A stretch of 32,000 bases of DNA. Origin: Candidatus Nitrospira inopinata. Lineage in GTDB: Bacteria; Nitrospirota; Nitrospiria; Nitrospirales; Nitrospiraceae. Positions 1 through 8,071 of this stretch are shown one piece after another (position 1 is the first letter of the stretch; each line of letters opens with the position of its first letter). The stretch lies in NCBI RefSeq assembly GCF_001458695.1, contig NZ_LN885086.1:2220001-2252000 (forward strand), in the 5' to 3' direction. The notes below the pieces were generated by a model. The model was not told the DNA's origin. It saw nothing but the letters and a program-made list of their open reading frames with translations, and did no database searches. A program made the position numbers and the translations under genes.

Positions 1-857
1 TCGCCGTGGTCGCCACCGAAGTCAAGAACCTGGCGGCACAGGCCGCGGAAGCGTCGAAAGAGCTCGGGAAAATCCGGGCGGAGACGAGCGAGTTGGACCG
101 GCGATTCACGGAAAAGGAATGCGACCGTCTTTCGGAAAAGGCGCAAACTCTTGTGCAGTTGATCGTAAGGAATTTGTATGAACGGACCGCGGACGTTCGC
201 TGGTGGGCGACGGATGAGGCGCTGGTGCAGGCGTTGGAAACGGGAACCCAAACCGCCCTCGCCCGAGCGGGACAGCGGATGGCCCTGATCAACCGATTTT
301 ACAGCGTGTATCTCAACCTCGTGCTCGTCGGCGCCGACGGCAAGATCGTGGCCTGTTCCCAGCCGGATAAATATCCCAAACTGATCGGAGGCAACGCGTC
401 CGGGCTGTCCTGGTTCCGGAAGGCGATGGCGACGACGAGCGGCGACCAGTACGCCGTGGACGATATTTGTAACGACCCGCTGCATCAGAACAAAATGGTC
501 GCCGTGTACGCAGCGGCCGTCCGCAAGGAGGGACGAGTGGACGGGAAAGTCATCGGAGCGCTCGGGGTCGTCTTCGACTGGGAGAGTCAGTCGAAGACCA
601 TCGTTCGAAAAGAGGCGTCCTTTTCCGAATCTTCGTGGAAGCGGACACGGGTGATGCTGCTTGACAAAGACATGCGCGTGATCGCCGCCTCGGATGATCA
701 GGGACTGCTCCAACCGTTCGCGCTCGACCATCAGGGGAAAGAGCGAGGGTACTACGTCAATGACGATCATGAAGTGACGGCGTACGCCAAAACGATCGGA
801 TACCAAGAATACGACGGGCTCGGCTGGTACGGGGTCATCGTCAGGAAGCTGCAGTAA
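1..857 (+). CDS. 5'-truncated MCP-like protein: tail of a methyl-accepting signalling segment followed by a C-terminal double PDC/Cache-like sensor module
   Basis: The frame is open to the window edge. The first residues, AVVATEVKNLAAQAAEASKEL, match the conserved MCP signalling motif (compare [22 protein letters not shown] in the MCPs at 9205 and 11743). The following ~230 aa alternate helix and beta segments (LVGADGKIVACSQP, SWFRKAM, KVIGALGVVFDW, VMLLDKDMRVIAAS, GWYGVIVRK), as in Cache/PDC folds. No TM segment is visible. Stop at 855-857. Confidence 0.55.
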   Translation, partial: AVVATEVKNLAAQAAEASKELGKIRAETSELDRRFTEKECDRLSEKAQTLVQLIVRNLYERTADVRWWATDEALVQALETGTQTALARAGQRMALINRFYSVYLNLVLVGADGKIVACSQPDKYPKLIGGNASGLSWFRKAMATTSGDQYAVDDICNDPLHQNKMVAVYAAAVRKEGRVDGKVIGALGVVFDWESQSKTIVRKEASFSESSWKRTRVMLLDKDMRVIAASDDQGLLQPFALDHQGKERGYYVNDDHEVTAYAKTIGYQEYDGLGWYGVIVRKLQ

Positions 858-942
858 ATGAACAGGAACAAACGGGTCTCAAGAAACGGTCGGCGGGCGT
901 ACGCTCAAGTTTTTTCTCGGCTTGGCCGATATCGCTCACACC

Positions 943-1173
943 ATGAATGAAGCGGGATCAATGAACGGGGAACGGCAGGCGGTCGGCGTGTCCGAGGCGA
1001 ACGGCGAGATCTTGACCGTGATGGATGTGGCTCGTTTTCTTCGGGTGCCAAAATCGACGGTGTACAAGCTCGCCCGAGTCGGCGAATTGCCGGCTTCAAA
1101 AATCGGAAAGCACTGGCGCTTTCTCCGGCGCGACATCCATGAATGGCTCCGTGCCCGGTCTCAGCAAAACTAG
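943..1173 (+). CDS. small excisionase/MerR-type helix-turn-helix DNA-binding protein (HTH_17-like)
   Basis: The core ILTVMDVARFLRVPKSTVYKLARVGELPASKIGKHWRFLRRDIHEWL is the typical excisionase-family HTH plus wing. The start is uncertain (TTG 922, ATG 943 or ATG 961). No integrase is nearby. Confidence 0.7.
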   Translation: MNEAGSMNGERQAVGVSEANGEILTVMDVARFLRVPKSTVYKLARVGELPASKIGKHWRFLRRDIHEWLRARSQQN

Positions 1174-1222
1174 CGGCCATCGTTTTGTCGCGTCTTTCCC
1201 TCCTCGCGGTCGCGCGTCACCC

Positions 1223-1250
1223 TCATGTTCGATCATGAAGCCGCCGATAA
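1223..1250 (+). promoter_or_regulatory. candidate sigma-28 (FliA) type promoter upstream of cheY-cheZ-motAB
   Basis: TCATGTTC-N12-GCCGATAA compared with the enterobacterial consensus TAAAGTTT-N11-GCCGATAA. The -10 element is a perfect match, the -35 matches 5 of 8, and the spacer is one nt long. It lies ~130 nt upstream of the cheY ATG. Confidence 0.35.
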
Positions 1251-1381
1251 ACAAAAGCGCGCAACATCGGATTAAGCAAGGTTCAAGGAAACTGCGGTGT
1301 TCGCAAGCGCGTGCGCGATGAGACAGGTTGTCGGTGCCGCTTGTGCTGCCGCATCTGGGACGGCTTTATGGAGGAGGCGAT

Positions 1382-1762
1382 ATGCCGGCTGATCTGACGA
1401 TGAAAGTGCTCGTCGTCGACGATATGGCGACGATGAGAAGGATCGTGAAGAACGTCCTGAAACAGCTTGGATTCAGTCGCGTGGAAGAAGCGGAAAACGG
1501 CGCGGAAGCCCTGCAAAAACTGCGGGCGGAGACCTATGGTCTTGTCGTGTCCGATTGGAACATGCCCGTCATGACGGGCATCGACATGCTGCGGGCGATC
1601 CGGTCCGATGAAAAGCTGAAATCGATTCCCGTGTTGATGGTGACGGCCGAGGCTCAGCAAGGCAATCTCATCGAAGCGATTCAAGCGGGGGTCAGCAATT
1701 ACATCGTCAAACCGTTTACCGCGGAAACGATGCAGGAGAAGCTGGGAAAAATTTTCAAGTAG
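1382..1762 (+). CDS. cheY: chemotaxis response regulator CheY
   Basis: Single receiver domain, near-colinear with E. coli CheY: VLVVDD, phospho-Asp in [24 protein letters not shown] 1382 is preceded by GGAGGAGG. The ORF-track start at 1328 is probably an upstream extension. Confidence 0.93.
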   Translation: MPADLTMKVLVVDDMATMRRIVKNVLKQLGFSRVEEAENGAEALQKLRAETYGLVVSDWNMPVMTGIDMLRAIRSDEKLKSIPVLMVTAEAQQGNLIEAIQAGVSNYIVKPFTAETMQEKLGKIFK

Positions 1763-1818
1763 CGCGCCGCGCGGGACTTTGCGCATCAGCTTTGCGCGGA
1801 AAGAAAGCCGAGCCTTCC

Positions 1819-2418
1819 ATGGAAACGGACGTCGAACGGAGATTGGGCACTCTGTATGGAGAGATCGGGGCGTTGGCGCGGTTCGTCGAGAACGCGATGA
1901 GAACCGTTTCGGAAGTCGGCCGCCCCCTGGTGGAGAGCGGCGCGGAGCTTCCGACCGTCACGTCTCACCTGACCGATCTGAGCAAGATGACGGAGACGGG
2001 GGCGCTTGAAGTGATGCGGCTGACCGAGCTGATTCAAGACAGCCACATCGGTATGGTGAAGCAATGCCGGGCGATCGCCGAAGCGTCCAGAGAGAGCGAC
2101 CATGCGATGCTCGCGGATAGAATCGAAAACGTTATCGCCGATTTGAACCAAGACGAGCGACGGTTGACGGAGATCATGACCGCCCTCTCATTTCAGGATC
2201 TCGTGGCCCAGCGGGTCAAAAAGCTGGTCGCGATTCTCGAAGACGTGCATGAGAAGCTGATGAAACTCGTGGTCGCCTTCGGCATCCAGCACGATCGGGA
2301 GGGCCGCGCGGGGGACGGGAAAACCGAAGAACTCCTCCGGCAGCTCGAGCAATCGCGAAGCGGTGCGATGAAGCAACACACAGCCGACGAAATTCTGGCG
2401 CGGTTCGGATTCCGGTAG
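1819..2418 (+). CDS. cheZ: CheY-P phosphatase CheZ
   Basis: Colinear with E. coli CheZ: IGALARFVENA vs IGSLTRMLRDS. The catalytic FQD-x3-Q box is IMTALSFQDLVAQRVKKL (nt 2185-2211) vs IMMAQDFQDLTGQVIKRM. The C-terminal CheY-binding peptide is ADEILARFGFR vs VDDLLDSLGF. The start is either ATG 1819 or TTG 1792. Confidence 0.85.
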   Translation: METDVERRLGTLYGEIGALARFVENAMRTVSEVGRPLVESGAELPTVTSHLTDLSKMTETGALEVMRLTELIQDSHIGMVKQCRAIAEASRESDHAMLADRIENVIADLNQDERRLTEIMTALSFQDLVAQRVKKLVAILEDVHEKLMKLVVAFGIQHDREGRAGDGKTEELLRQLEQSRSGAMKQHTADEILARFGFR

Positions 2419-2580
2419 CGCGCCGTCCGATCGTCGGATTTCAGGCATCGGGCCGGCAAAGGTGGAAAAGACTTGCTTTCAAGGACTCGTCGCCCGTCTC
2501 CGTTCGGTCCCGATCCTTCCCATCGCAAGGCGGCTGCGTCCATATGGGTCCGTCATCAAGGGCGATAAGGACGATAAAGA

Positions 2581-3351
2581 ATGGACATCGCCACAATCAT
2601 AGGCATCGTCGTGGCTCTTGGAGCCATCATCGGTGGTCAGGCGTTGGAAGGCGGCCACTTGGGCTCGATCCTTCAATTGACGGCCTTCGTGATCGTCATC
2701 GGCGGCACGATCGGCGCCTGTCTGGTCCAAAATCCGCTGCCGGTCTTCTTGAAAGCCATCGGCGCGTTGTCCCTGGCGATCGCCGGGCCCCGCATCGACA
2801 ATAAGGAAACGATCAAACTGATTCTCGACCTGGCCAACGTGTCCAGAAAGCAGGGACTGCTGGCGTTGGAAAGCAAGCTGAAGGAAATCAAAGATCCGTT
2901 CATGAAAAAAGGGGTGCAATTGATCGTGGATGGCACCGACCCCAAAGCCGTGCACGAGATTTTGGAAGTCGAGGTGGAACACCATGAAGAAGAGGGCATC
3001 AAGGCGGCCAAGGTATGGGAGGCTGCCGGAGGATATGCCCCCACGGTCGGCATTTTGGGCGCGGTGCTCGGGTTGATTCACGTCATGGAAAACCTTGCCG
3101 ATCCGTCAAAACTCGGCAGCGGCATCGCCGTCGCGTTCGTGGCCACGGTGTACGGCGTGGGCGCGGCGAATCTGTTTTTTCTGCCGTTGGCGAACAAGAT
3201 CAAAATGAAACTGAAAGAAGAAGCCGGCTCTCGCAATATGACCATCATGGGGCTGGTGGGGCTCGCGCACGGGGAAAATCCCAGGCTGTTGCAGGAAAAA
3301 CTCGAGGGGTTCCTGCCGCCCAACGAGCGGTCGAAACCGGCCAAGAAGTGA
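2581..3351 (+). CDS. motA: flagellar stator protein MotA/PomA family
   Basis: 256 aa. N-terminal TM pair (IATIIGIVVALGAIIGG, AFVIVIGGTIGACLV), a cytoplasmic loop, and a C-terminal TM pair with YAPTVGILGAVLGLI and GIAVAFVATVYGVGAANLFFLPLANK, typical of MotA/PomA proton channels. Confidence 0.9.
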   Translation: MDIATIIGIVVALGAIIGGQALEGGHLGSILQLTAFVIVIGGTIGACLVQNPLPVFLKAIGALSLAIAGPRIDNKETIKLILDLANVSRKQGLLALESKLKEIKDPFMKKGVQLIVDGTDPKAVHEILEVEVEHHEEEGIKAAKVWEAAGGYAPTVGILGAVLGLIHVMENLADPSKLGSGIAVAFVATVYGVGAANLFFLPLANKIKMKLKEEAGSRNMTIMGLVGLAHGENPRLLQEKLEGFLPPNERSKPAKK

Positions 3352-3452
3352 GCGGTCGGTGGCAAGAAGGTTCTCGGTTCTCAGTAGCCGGCGAAACTGG
3401 GAACTGACAACTGACACCTGATCCTCCGCCGTTCGGCGATGGACGGTCTTCA

Positions 3453-4313
3453 ATGGCGAAACAGAAACACGAAGAGCACGAAAACCACGAGCGGTGGCTC
3501 GTGTCATACGCCGATTTCATCACCCTCCTGTTTGCGTTCTTCGTGGTGATGTATTCGGTCTCAGCCGTCAATGAGGGCAAATTCCGCACGGTCAGCGAGT
3601 CGATCCGAGCGGCTCTCCGTCCCGTTTCCAACCCTGATACGTCGTCGGCGCTCTTCAGCATCGGTCAGTATCGGCCCGCATTGAGAACGCCGTCCGTTCC
3701 GGGGTCCAAAGAAATAGCGATTCGCCATCTGCGCGAGCTGGTGAAGTCGTCGCAGACGGCGTCCCAGTTCGCGCTGATTCACATGCTGGAGAAGGAAGAC
3801 GGGGACATCATCATCACGATACCGGATAATATTCTGTTCAAAAGCGGAGAGGCGGCGATTCGTCAAGAGGCGCTGTCTTTTTTAAAAGGCTTGGCGAGTG
3901 CGCTGTTGGAGTTAAATCGGCACGTTCGAGTGGAGGGCCATACGGACAACGTGCCCATCAGGACGGCGCAGTTTCCGTCAAACTGGGAACTCTCGGCGAC
4001 GCGGGCCGTGATGGTCGTCCGAGTGCTGTCCGAGCTGTACGGCGTGCCGTCCGATCATCTGGCGGCCATTGGGTACGCGGATACCAGGCCGGTGGCGCCC
4101 AATCTGACGCCCGACCAACGGGCGAAAAACCGGCGCGTGGAAGTCATCATTCTTGAACATGCCCCCGCCCTCTCGCCTCCTTTCTCGGACGACGACCAAG
4201 GGAGTTCCGATCGATTATCGAGCGGGATCGAGTTGTCTCCGCCCCAGCCTTTTCCGATGGACTCCGATTTGCCGAAAAGTCCGGACTTCCGGAAAGAAGA
4301 TAGAGTCCGATAA
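3453..4313 (+). CDS. motB: flagellar stator protein MotB (OmpA-like peptidoglycan-binding C-terminus)
   Basis: The N-terminus ERWLVSYADFITLLFAFFVVMYSVS contains the conserved channel Asp in YAD. The OmpA-like domain shows VEGHTDNVPI, SNWELSATRA and NRRVEVII. It ends in a Pro/Ser-rich tail. Confidence 0.9.
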   Translation: MAKQKHEEHENHERWLVSYADFITLLFAFFVVMYSVSAVNEGKFRTVSESIRAALRPVSNPDTSSALFSIGQYRPALRTPSVPGSKEIAIRHLRELVKSSQTASQFALIHMLEKEDGDIIITIPDNILFKSGEAAIRQEALSFLKGLASALLELNRHVRVEGHTDNVPIRTAQFPSNWELSATRAVMVVRVLSELYGVPSDHLAAIGYADTRPVAPNLTPDQRAKNRRVEVIILEHAPALSPPFSDDDQGSSDRLSSGIELSPPQPFPMDSDLPKSPDFRKEDRVR

Positions 4314-4451
4314 TCGGGCCGATGGAGCGGTTCCTATCAAGAATCGCAAGCGATCGGCCGATATCGTTTCCGACCCGGTGCGCTGCGTGGAGTGGGGCGG
4401 CCTGCAAACGGAAAACGCGGCGTCACGGCGGCAAGACCAGGAGTGTCCGAC

Positions 4452-4715
4452 GTGGAAGAAAACCCCAGACAGTTGACCCCGACGGGCGATCTGACGATTT
4501 TCGAAGTCGAAGACCTCAAAAAATCGCTGGTCAAGTTGTTTCAAAACGACGGCCTGGTTTCTCTGGATCTTGCGCAGGTGGGCCGTGTCGACACGGCGGC
4601 GATCCAACTGCTGTGGGCGGCTCGAAAGGAGGGGAGGATGTTCGTTATGGGCATGTCCGAGGGGTTGCGGGCGACGTTGAACCGATTGGGATTCTCCGAG
4701 CCGCTCGGCGAATAG
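4452..4715 (+). CDS. small STAS-domain protein (CheS-like position upstream of cheY-cheA)
   Basis: LTPTGDLTIFEVEDLKKSLVKLF...VSLDLAQVGRVDTAAIQLLWAARKEG is a STAS/anti-sigma-antagonist-like pattern. GTG 4452 sits 8 nt after AGGAG. Alternative starts are GTG 4392 and 4443. Confidence 0.55.
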   Translation: MEENPRQLTPTGDLTIFEVEDLKKSLVKLFQNDGLVSLDLAQVGRVDTAAIQLLWAARKEGRMFVMGMSEGLRATLNRLGFSEPLGE

Positions 4716-4721
4716 CCGGGC

Positions 4722-5273
4722 ATGATGGCCATGGCCGAGGAAACGGGCGGTCCCCGTGGATACCCGAACGATTCAACCGACGCCGATGAACTCCGGAGAC
4801 TGCGAGCGCATCAACGGGCATGGCGGGCGGTCGCTTCGTGCGCCGTGCGCCTCATTCCGATCTTGAATGAAGAAATGGCGTCCGTCACTCGGATGACCGA
4901 ACGCGCCGCGATGGAACTCGGAGCCCATCTTCAAGCATTGGCGGCAACGGAGGTTTCATCGCATCAAAAAGAACGCGCGGCAAGCGTTTCAAAAATCGTC
5001 ATGGCGCTGCAGTTTCAGGATATCGTCGGTCAAAAGTTGAACCATGTCGGCAAGGCGTTGAATGAGTGGCGCGGTCACCTGGATGACCTGCTTGACGCGA
5101 CTCAAGGCGAACGCGCGGCGGACCGGCTCGCGGACGTGGAAACGATCGAACGGAACCTGATCGCGATGGAGGTGCGGTGCTCCGATGTCTCGGCGTTGAA
5201 AGTTGCCGACCAAGAGCCTCCGGCGGACCGCGCGGCGCCGCCTCGGGCAACCGAATCGGTCACGCTGTTTTGA
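4722..5273 (+). CDS. minimal CheZ-like protein (candidate second CheY-P phosphatase)
   Basis: VTRMTERAAMELGAHLQAL aligns with E. coli CheZ VVQMTAQAAERALNSVE. KIVMALQFQDIVGQKLNHV (nt 5007-5033) keeps the catalytic D-x3-Q spacing of the CheZ FQDLTGQ box. It ends in ...ESVTLF. It lies directly upstream of a second cheY. Confidence 0.5.
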   Translation: MMAMAEETGGPRGYPNDSTDADELRRLRAHQRAWRAVASCAVRLIPILNEEMASVTRMTERAAMELGAHLQALAATEVSSHQKERAASVSKIVMALQFQDIVGQKLNHVGKALNEWRGHLDDLLDATQGERAADRLADVETIERNLIAMEVRCSDVSALKVADQEPPADRAAPPRATESVTLF

Positions 5274-5340
5274 GTGAGCCAATCGTCAGGACGGCAAAAT
5301 GCCTTGAAAAACCTGACCGTTGAAATCGGAGGATGAAAAG

Positions 5341-5709
5341 ATGGGAAAAACCGCGCTCGTCGTCGATGATTCGCCCACCATGCGCCAGATGGTCGCCTTC
5401 ACGCTCATGAACGCGGGGTTCACGGTGATCGAAGCCGAGCACGGAAAGGACGCCGTCAGGAAAATCGCCGGCAAAAAGATGGACATCGTCGTGACGGATC
5501 TCAATATGCCGGAGATGGACGGCATCGCGCTGATCAAGGAGCTGCGAAAGTCGGCCGATTTTAAGTACACCCCGATTCTGATGCTGACGACCGAATCAGC
5601 GGTCGAAAAAAAGATGGCGGGAAAGGAAGCCGGGGCCACCGGGTGGATCGTGAAACCGTTCAATCCGGACGTGTTGCTCGGCACGATCGCCAAAGTGCTG
5701 CCGGCGTAA
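5341..5709 (+). CDS. cheY: CheY-like single-domain response regulator (second CheY)
   Basis: Receiver motifs ALVVDDS, VVTDLNMPEMDG, LMLTTES and WIVKPF. ATG 5341 is 7 nt after GGAGGA. The ORF-track TTG 5320 is less likely. Confidence 0.9.
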   Translation: MGKTALVVDDSPTMRQMVAFTLMNAGFTVIEAEHGKDAVRKIAGKKMDIVVTDLNMPEMDGIALIKELRKSADFKYTPILMLTTESAVEKKMAGKEAGATGWIVKPFNPDVLLGTIAKVLPA

Positions 5710-5866
5710 CGGAAGAGTCGAGGCGCATCGCAGTTGCAAGGTATCGGTTTCCGGTTTCAAGAGAAGATCGGATGACGGCGCGGCGAAACGCTTGGGGCGC
5801 ACCGTCCGAACAACACCCGGTGCCTGAAGCAACTTTCAAAGCGGAGCTTGAGAGACAAGGCGGACG

Positions 5867-8044
5867 ATGAGCAACGATTTCGAGCAATTCCAAGACGCGT
5901 TTTTTGAAGAGGCGGCGGAACATCTCGCGATCGTCGAGGAAGGGCTGCTTCAGTTGGAGCAACGTCCCGAAGATCTTGATCTCTTGAACAAGATCTTTCG
6001 CTCGGCCCATTCGATCAAGGGCGCAAGCGGCATGTTCGGCTTCGACGCCGTCGCTCAGTTTACGCACAAGATGGAGACGCTCTTGGATCTTCTTCGGAGC
6101 GGCAAAAAAATCGTCACGCCGAGCGTCGCGGATTTGCTGCTCAAGTCCACGGACTGTCTGAAAACGTTGATGGAGGGAGTGAAACTCAATGCGCCCGTGG
6201 ACGAGAACGTCGTGCAACGGCTCTCGACCGAGCTGGCCGCCGTCAGCGCGGGGGAGGGCGAACGAGCATCCGCCTCGCCGACGCCGGTCGCCGAATCGCC
6301 CGCTTCCTCGTCGGGGAGCGCCTATGACATTCGCTGGACTCCGCCGGAATGGCTCTTTCGGCGCGGGCTCGATCCGCTGCAGATCTTCAAAGAACTGACC
6401 CGCATCGGGAGCCTCAGCCGCGTGAACGTCGATACGTCTCGGCTGCCGGACCTCAACGACGTGAATCCCGAGGCCTGTTATCTGTCCTGGACCATGCGGC
6501 TGGAAACCGCCGCGTCGCGGAAAGAGGTGGAATCGGTCTTTGAGTTCGTCCGGGAAGACAGCGAGCTTTCGATCGAAGCGGTCACGGCTTCAACGTTCGC
6601 GCCTGAGCCCTCAGGCGCGAACGTTCGGCGCGATCCCAAGAACGCGACGCTCGAAATTTCCGATGGCGGACCGAAGTCGATCGGCGAGATTTTAGTCGAA
6701 AGCGGGGCGGTCTCCAAAGAGGCGTTGGAGCGGGCGTTGTCTCAACAGAAGCGGGTCGGCGAGATTCTGATCGAACAGAAAGCGGCGACGCCCCAGCAGA
6801 TCGAGCAGGCTCTGCAAACGCAACGGCAGATGGAGGCCGCGGCGCAGGCCAAGAAGGCCGACACGACGTCCATCCGCGTCGACACCGCCAAAATCGACAA
6901 ACTGATCAATTTGGTCGGGGAGCTGGTCATCACGCAGTCGATGTTGAGCGATTTGGGAACCCGTTTTGAGATGGGACAGGTTCACGTTCTGCTGGAGCGC
7001 ATCGCGCAACTGGAGCGGAACACGAGGGAAATCCAAGAGCGGGTCATGAGCATCCGCATGGTTCCGATCGGGACGGCGTTCAGCCGGTTCCCCAGGCTGG
7101 TCCGCGATTTGGCCGGGAAATTGGGGAAAAAAATCAACTTGGTGCTGTCCGGCGAAGAAACCGAGCTGGACAAAACCGTCATCGAGGCGATCGGCGACCC
7201 CTTGACGCATCTGGTGCGCAACGCCGCGGACCACGGGCTGGAAACGCCGGAAGAGCGGCTGGACAACAACAAACCGGAGACCGGTGTCATCAAGCTGCAC
7301 GCGTTTCACGAAGGGGGCAGCATCTGCATCACCGTCGAAGACGACGGGCGCGGCTTGAATCGAGATAAAATCCTTGCCAAGGCCGTCAAACAGGGGCTGG
7401 TTTCGGACGGCGCCGCGTTGTCGGACGATCAAATCTACCCGCTGATCCTGAGGCCCGGTTTTTCGACCGCCGACAAGGTTTCCGATCTGTCGGGGCGCGG
7501 CGTCGGCATGGACGTGGTGAAACGCAATATCGAGTCGCTGGGTGGGACCGTCTCCATCAAGACGGCGTACGGCAAGGGAACGGCGTTTACGCTCAAACTG
7601 CCGTTGACGCTCGCCATTATCGAGGGCATGACGATTCGGGTCGGACGGGAAACCTACATCGTTCCGATGTTGTCGATTCTGGAATCGATTCAACCGAGGC
7701 CGGAGGCGGTGAAAACCGTCGTCGGAAAGGGAGAACTGATCGATGTGAGAGGAATCTATCTGCCGGTGGTTCGGCTGTACGACGTCTTCAACTTGAAGCC
7801 GGAACACGTCGATCCGGAGAAAGCCATTCTTCTGATCTTGGAAACGGAAGGCGAGCGGGTGGCGGTGATGGTGGACGAGATTCTCGGCCAGCAACAGGTG
7901 GTCATCAAGAGCATGGAGCAAAACTTCCGCAAGGTGCAAGGGATCGCGGGAGCCACGATTTTGGGCGACGGGACCGTCGGATTCATCTTGGACGTCCGCG
8001 GCCTGTTGGAAATCGCGCGTCAAGGAACGCCGATGGCCGCGTAG
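5867..8044 (+). CDS. cheA: chemotaxis histidine kinase CheA
   Basis: P1/Hpt with the phospho-His box FRSAHSIKGASGMFGF. Dimerisation and HATPase domains are present (HLVRNAADHG, EDDGRGL, GRGVGMDVV). The C-terminal CheW-like P5 shows LGQQQVVIKS and ILGDGTVGFILDV. 725 aa. Confidence 0.97.
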   Translation: MSNDFEQFQDAFFEEAAEHLAIVEEGLLQLEQRPEDLDLLNKIFRSAHSIKGASGMFGFDAVAQFTHKMETLLDLLRSGKKIVTPSVADLLLKSTDCLKTLMEGVKLNAPVDENVVQRLSTELAAVSAGEGERASASPTPVAESPASSSGSAYDIRWTPPEWLFRRGLDPLQIFKELTRIGSLSRVNVDTSRLPDLNDVNPEACYLSWTMRLETAASRKEVESVFEFVREDSELSIEAVTASTFAPEPSGANVRRDPKNATLEISDGGPKSIGEILVESGAVSKEALERALSQQKRVGEILIEQKAATPQQIEQALQTQRQMEAAAQAKKADTTSIRVDTAKIDKLINLVGELVITQSMLSDLGTRFEMGQVHVLLERIAQLERNTREIQERVMSIRMVPIGTAFSRFPRLVRDLAGKLGKKINLVLSGEETELDKTVIEAIGDPLTHLVRNAADHGLETPEERLDNNKPETGVIKLHAFHEGGSICITVEDDGRGLNRDKILAKAVKQGLVSDGAALSDDQIYPLILRPGFSTADKVSDLSGRGVGMDVVKRNIESLGGTVSIKTAYGKGTAFTLKLPLTLAIIEGMTIRVGRETYIVPMLSILESIQPRPEAVKTVVGKGELIDVRGIYLPVVRLYDVFNLKPEHVDPEKAILLILETEGERVAVMVDEILGQQQVVIKSMEQNFRKVQGIAGATILGDGTVGFILDVRGLLEIARQGTPMAA
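6677..6823 (+). other. two tandem MshEN/T2SSE_N-like 24-residue motifs inside CheA (between the P2-like region and P3)
   Basis: SIGEILVESGAVSKEALERALSQQ and RVGEILIEQKAATPQQIEQALQTQ were compared with the published MshEN consensus RLGxx(L/V/I)(L/V/I)xxG(L/V/I)(L/V/I)xxxxLxxxLxxQ. The spacer here is 1 residue rather than 5. Confidence 0.5.
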
Positions 8045-8071
8045 CGACATGGATCGGACGGGAGCGGAACC

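Noticed and set aside
858-921. Possible rho-independent terminator after the first gene (palindrome GCGTACGC followed by TTTTTT at 910-915)
   Set aside because: The palindrome is only 8 nt and leaves no room for a loop. I could find no longer stem, so a T-run alone is insufficient.
922-1173. Excisionase-family HTH gene as evidence for a prophage or integrative element
   Set aside because: No integrase, att-like repeats, tRNA or phage genes are in the window. Small HTH_17 proteins commonly occur as stand-alone regulators.
1331-1348. Sigma-54-like GG-N10-GC element (tcGGtgccgcttgtGCtg) 36 nt upstream of cheY
   Set aside because: Only the GG/GC spacing fits. The flanking bases match TGGCAC/TTGC poorly (about 3 of 6 and 3 of 4), which is expected by chance in GC-rich DNA.
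2561-2568. GGCGATAA resembling a sigma-28 -10 box just upstream of motA
   Set aside because: It lies only 12 nt from the ATG and overlaps the likely RBS. No TAAA-like -35 is present at the right spacing.
5643-5870. 75-aa ORF spanning the cheY2-cheA intergenic gap
   Set aside because: It overlaps the 3' end of cheY2 out of frame, is Arg-rich, and has no RBS or motif. The 157-nt gap is more simply a non-coding leader.
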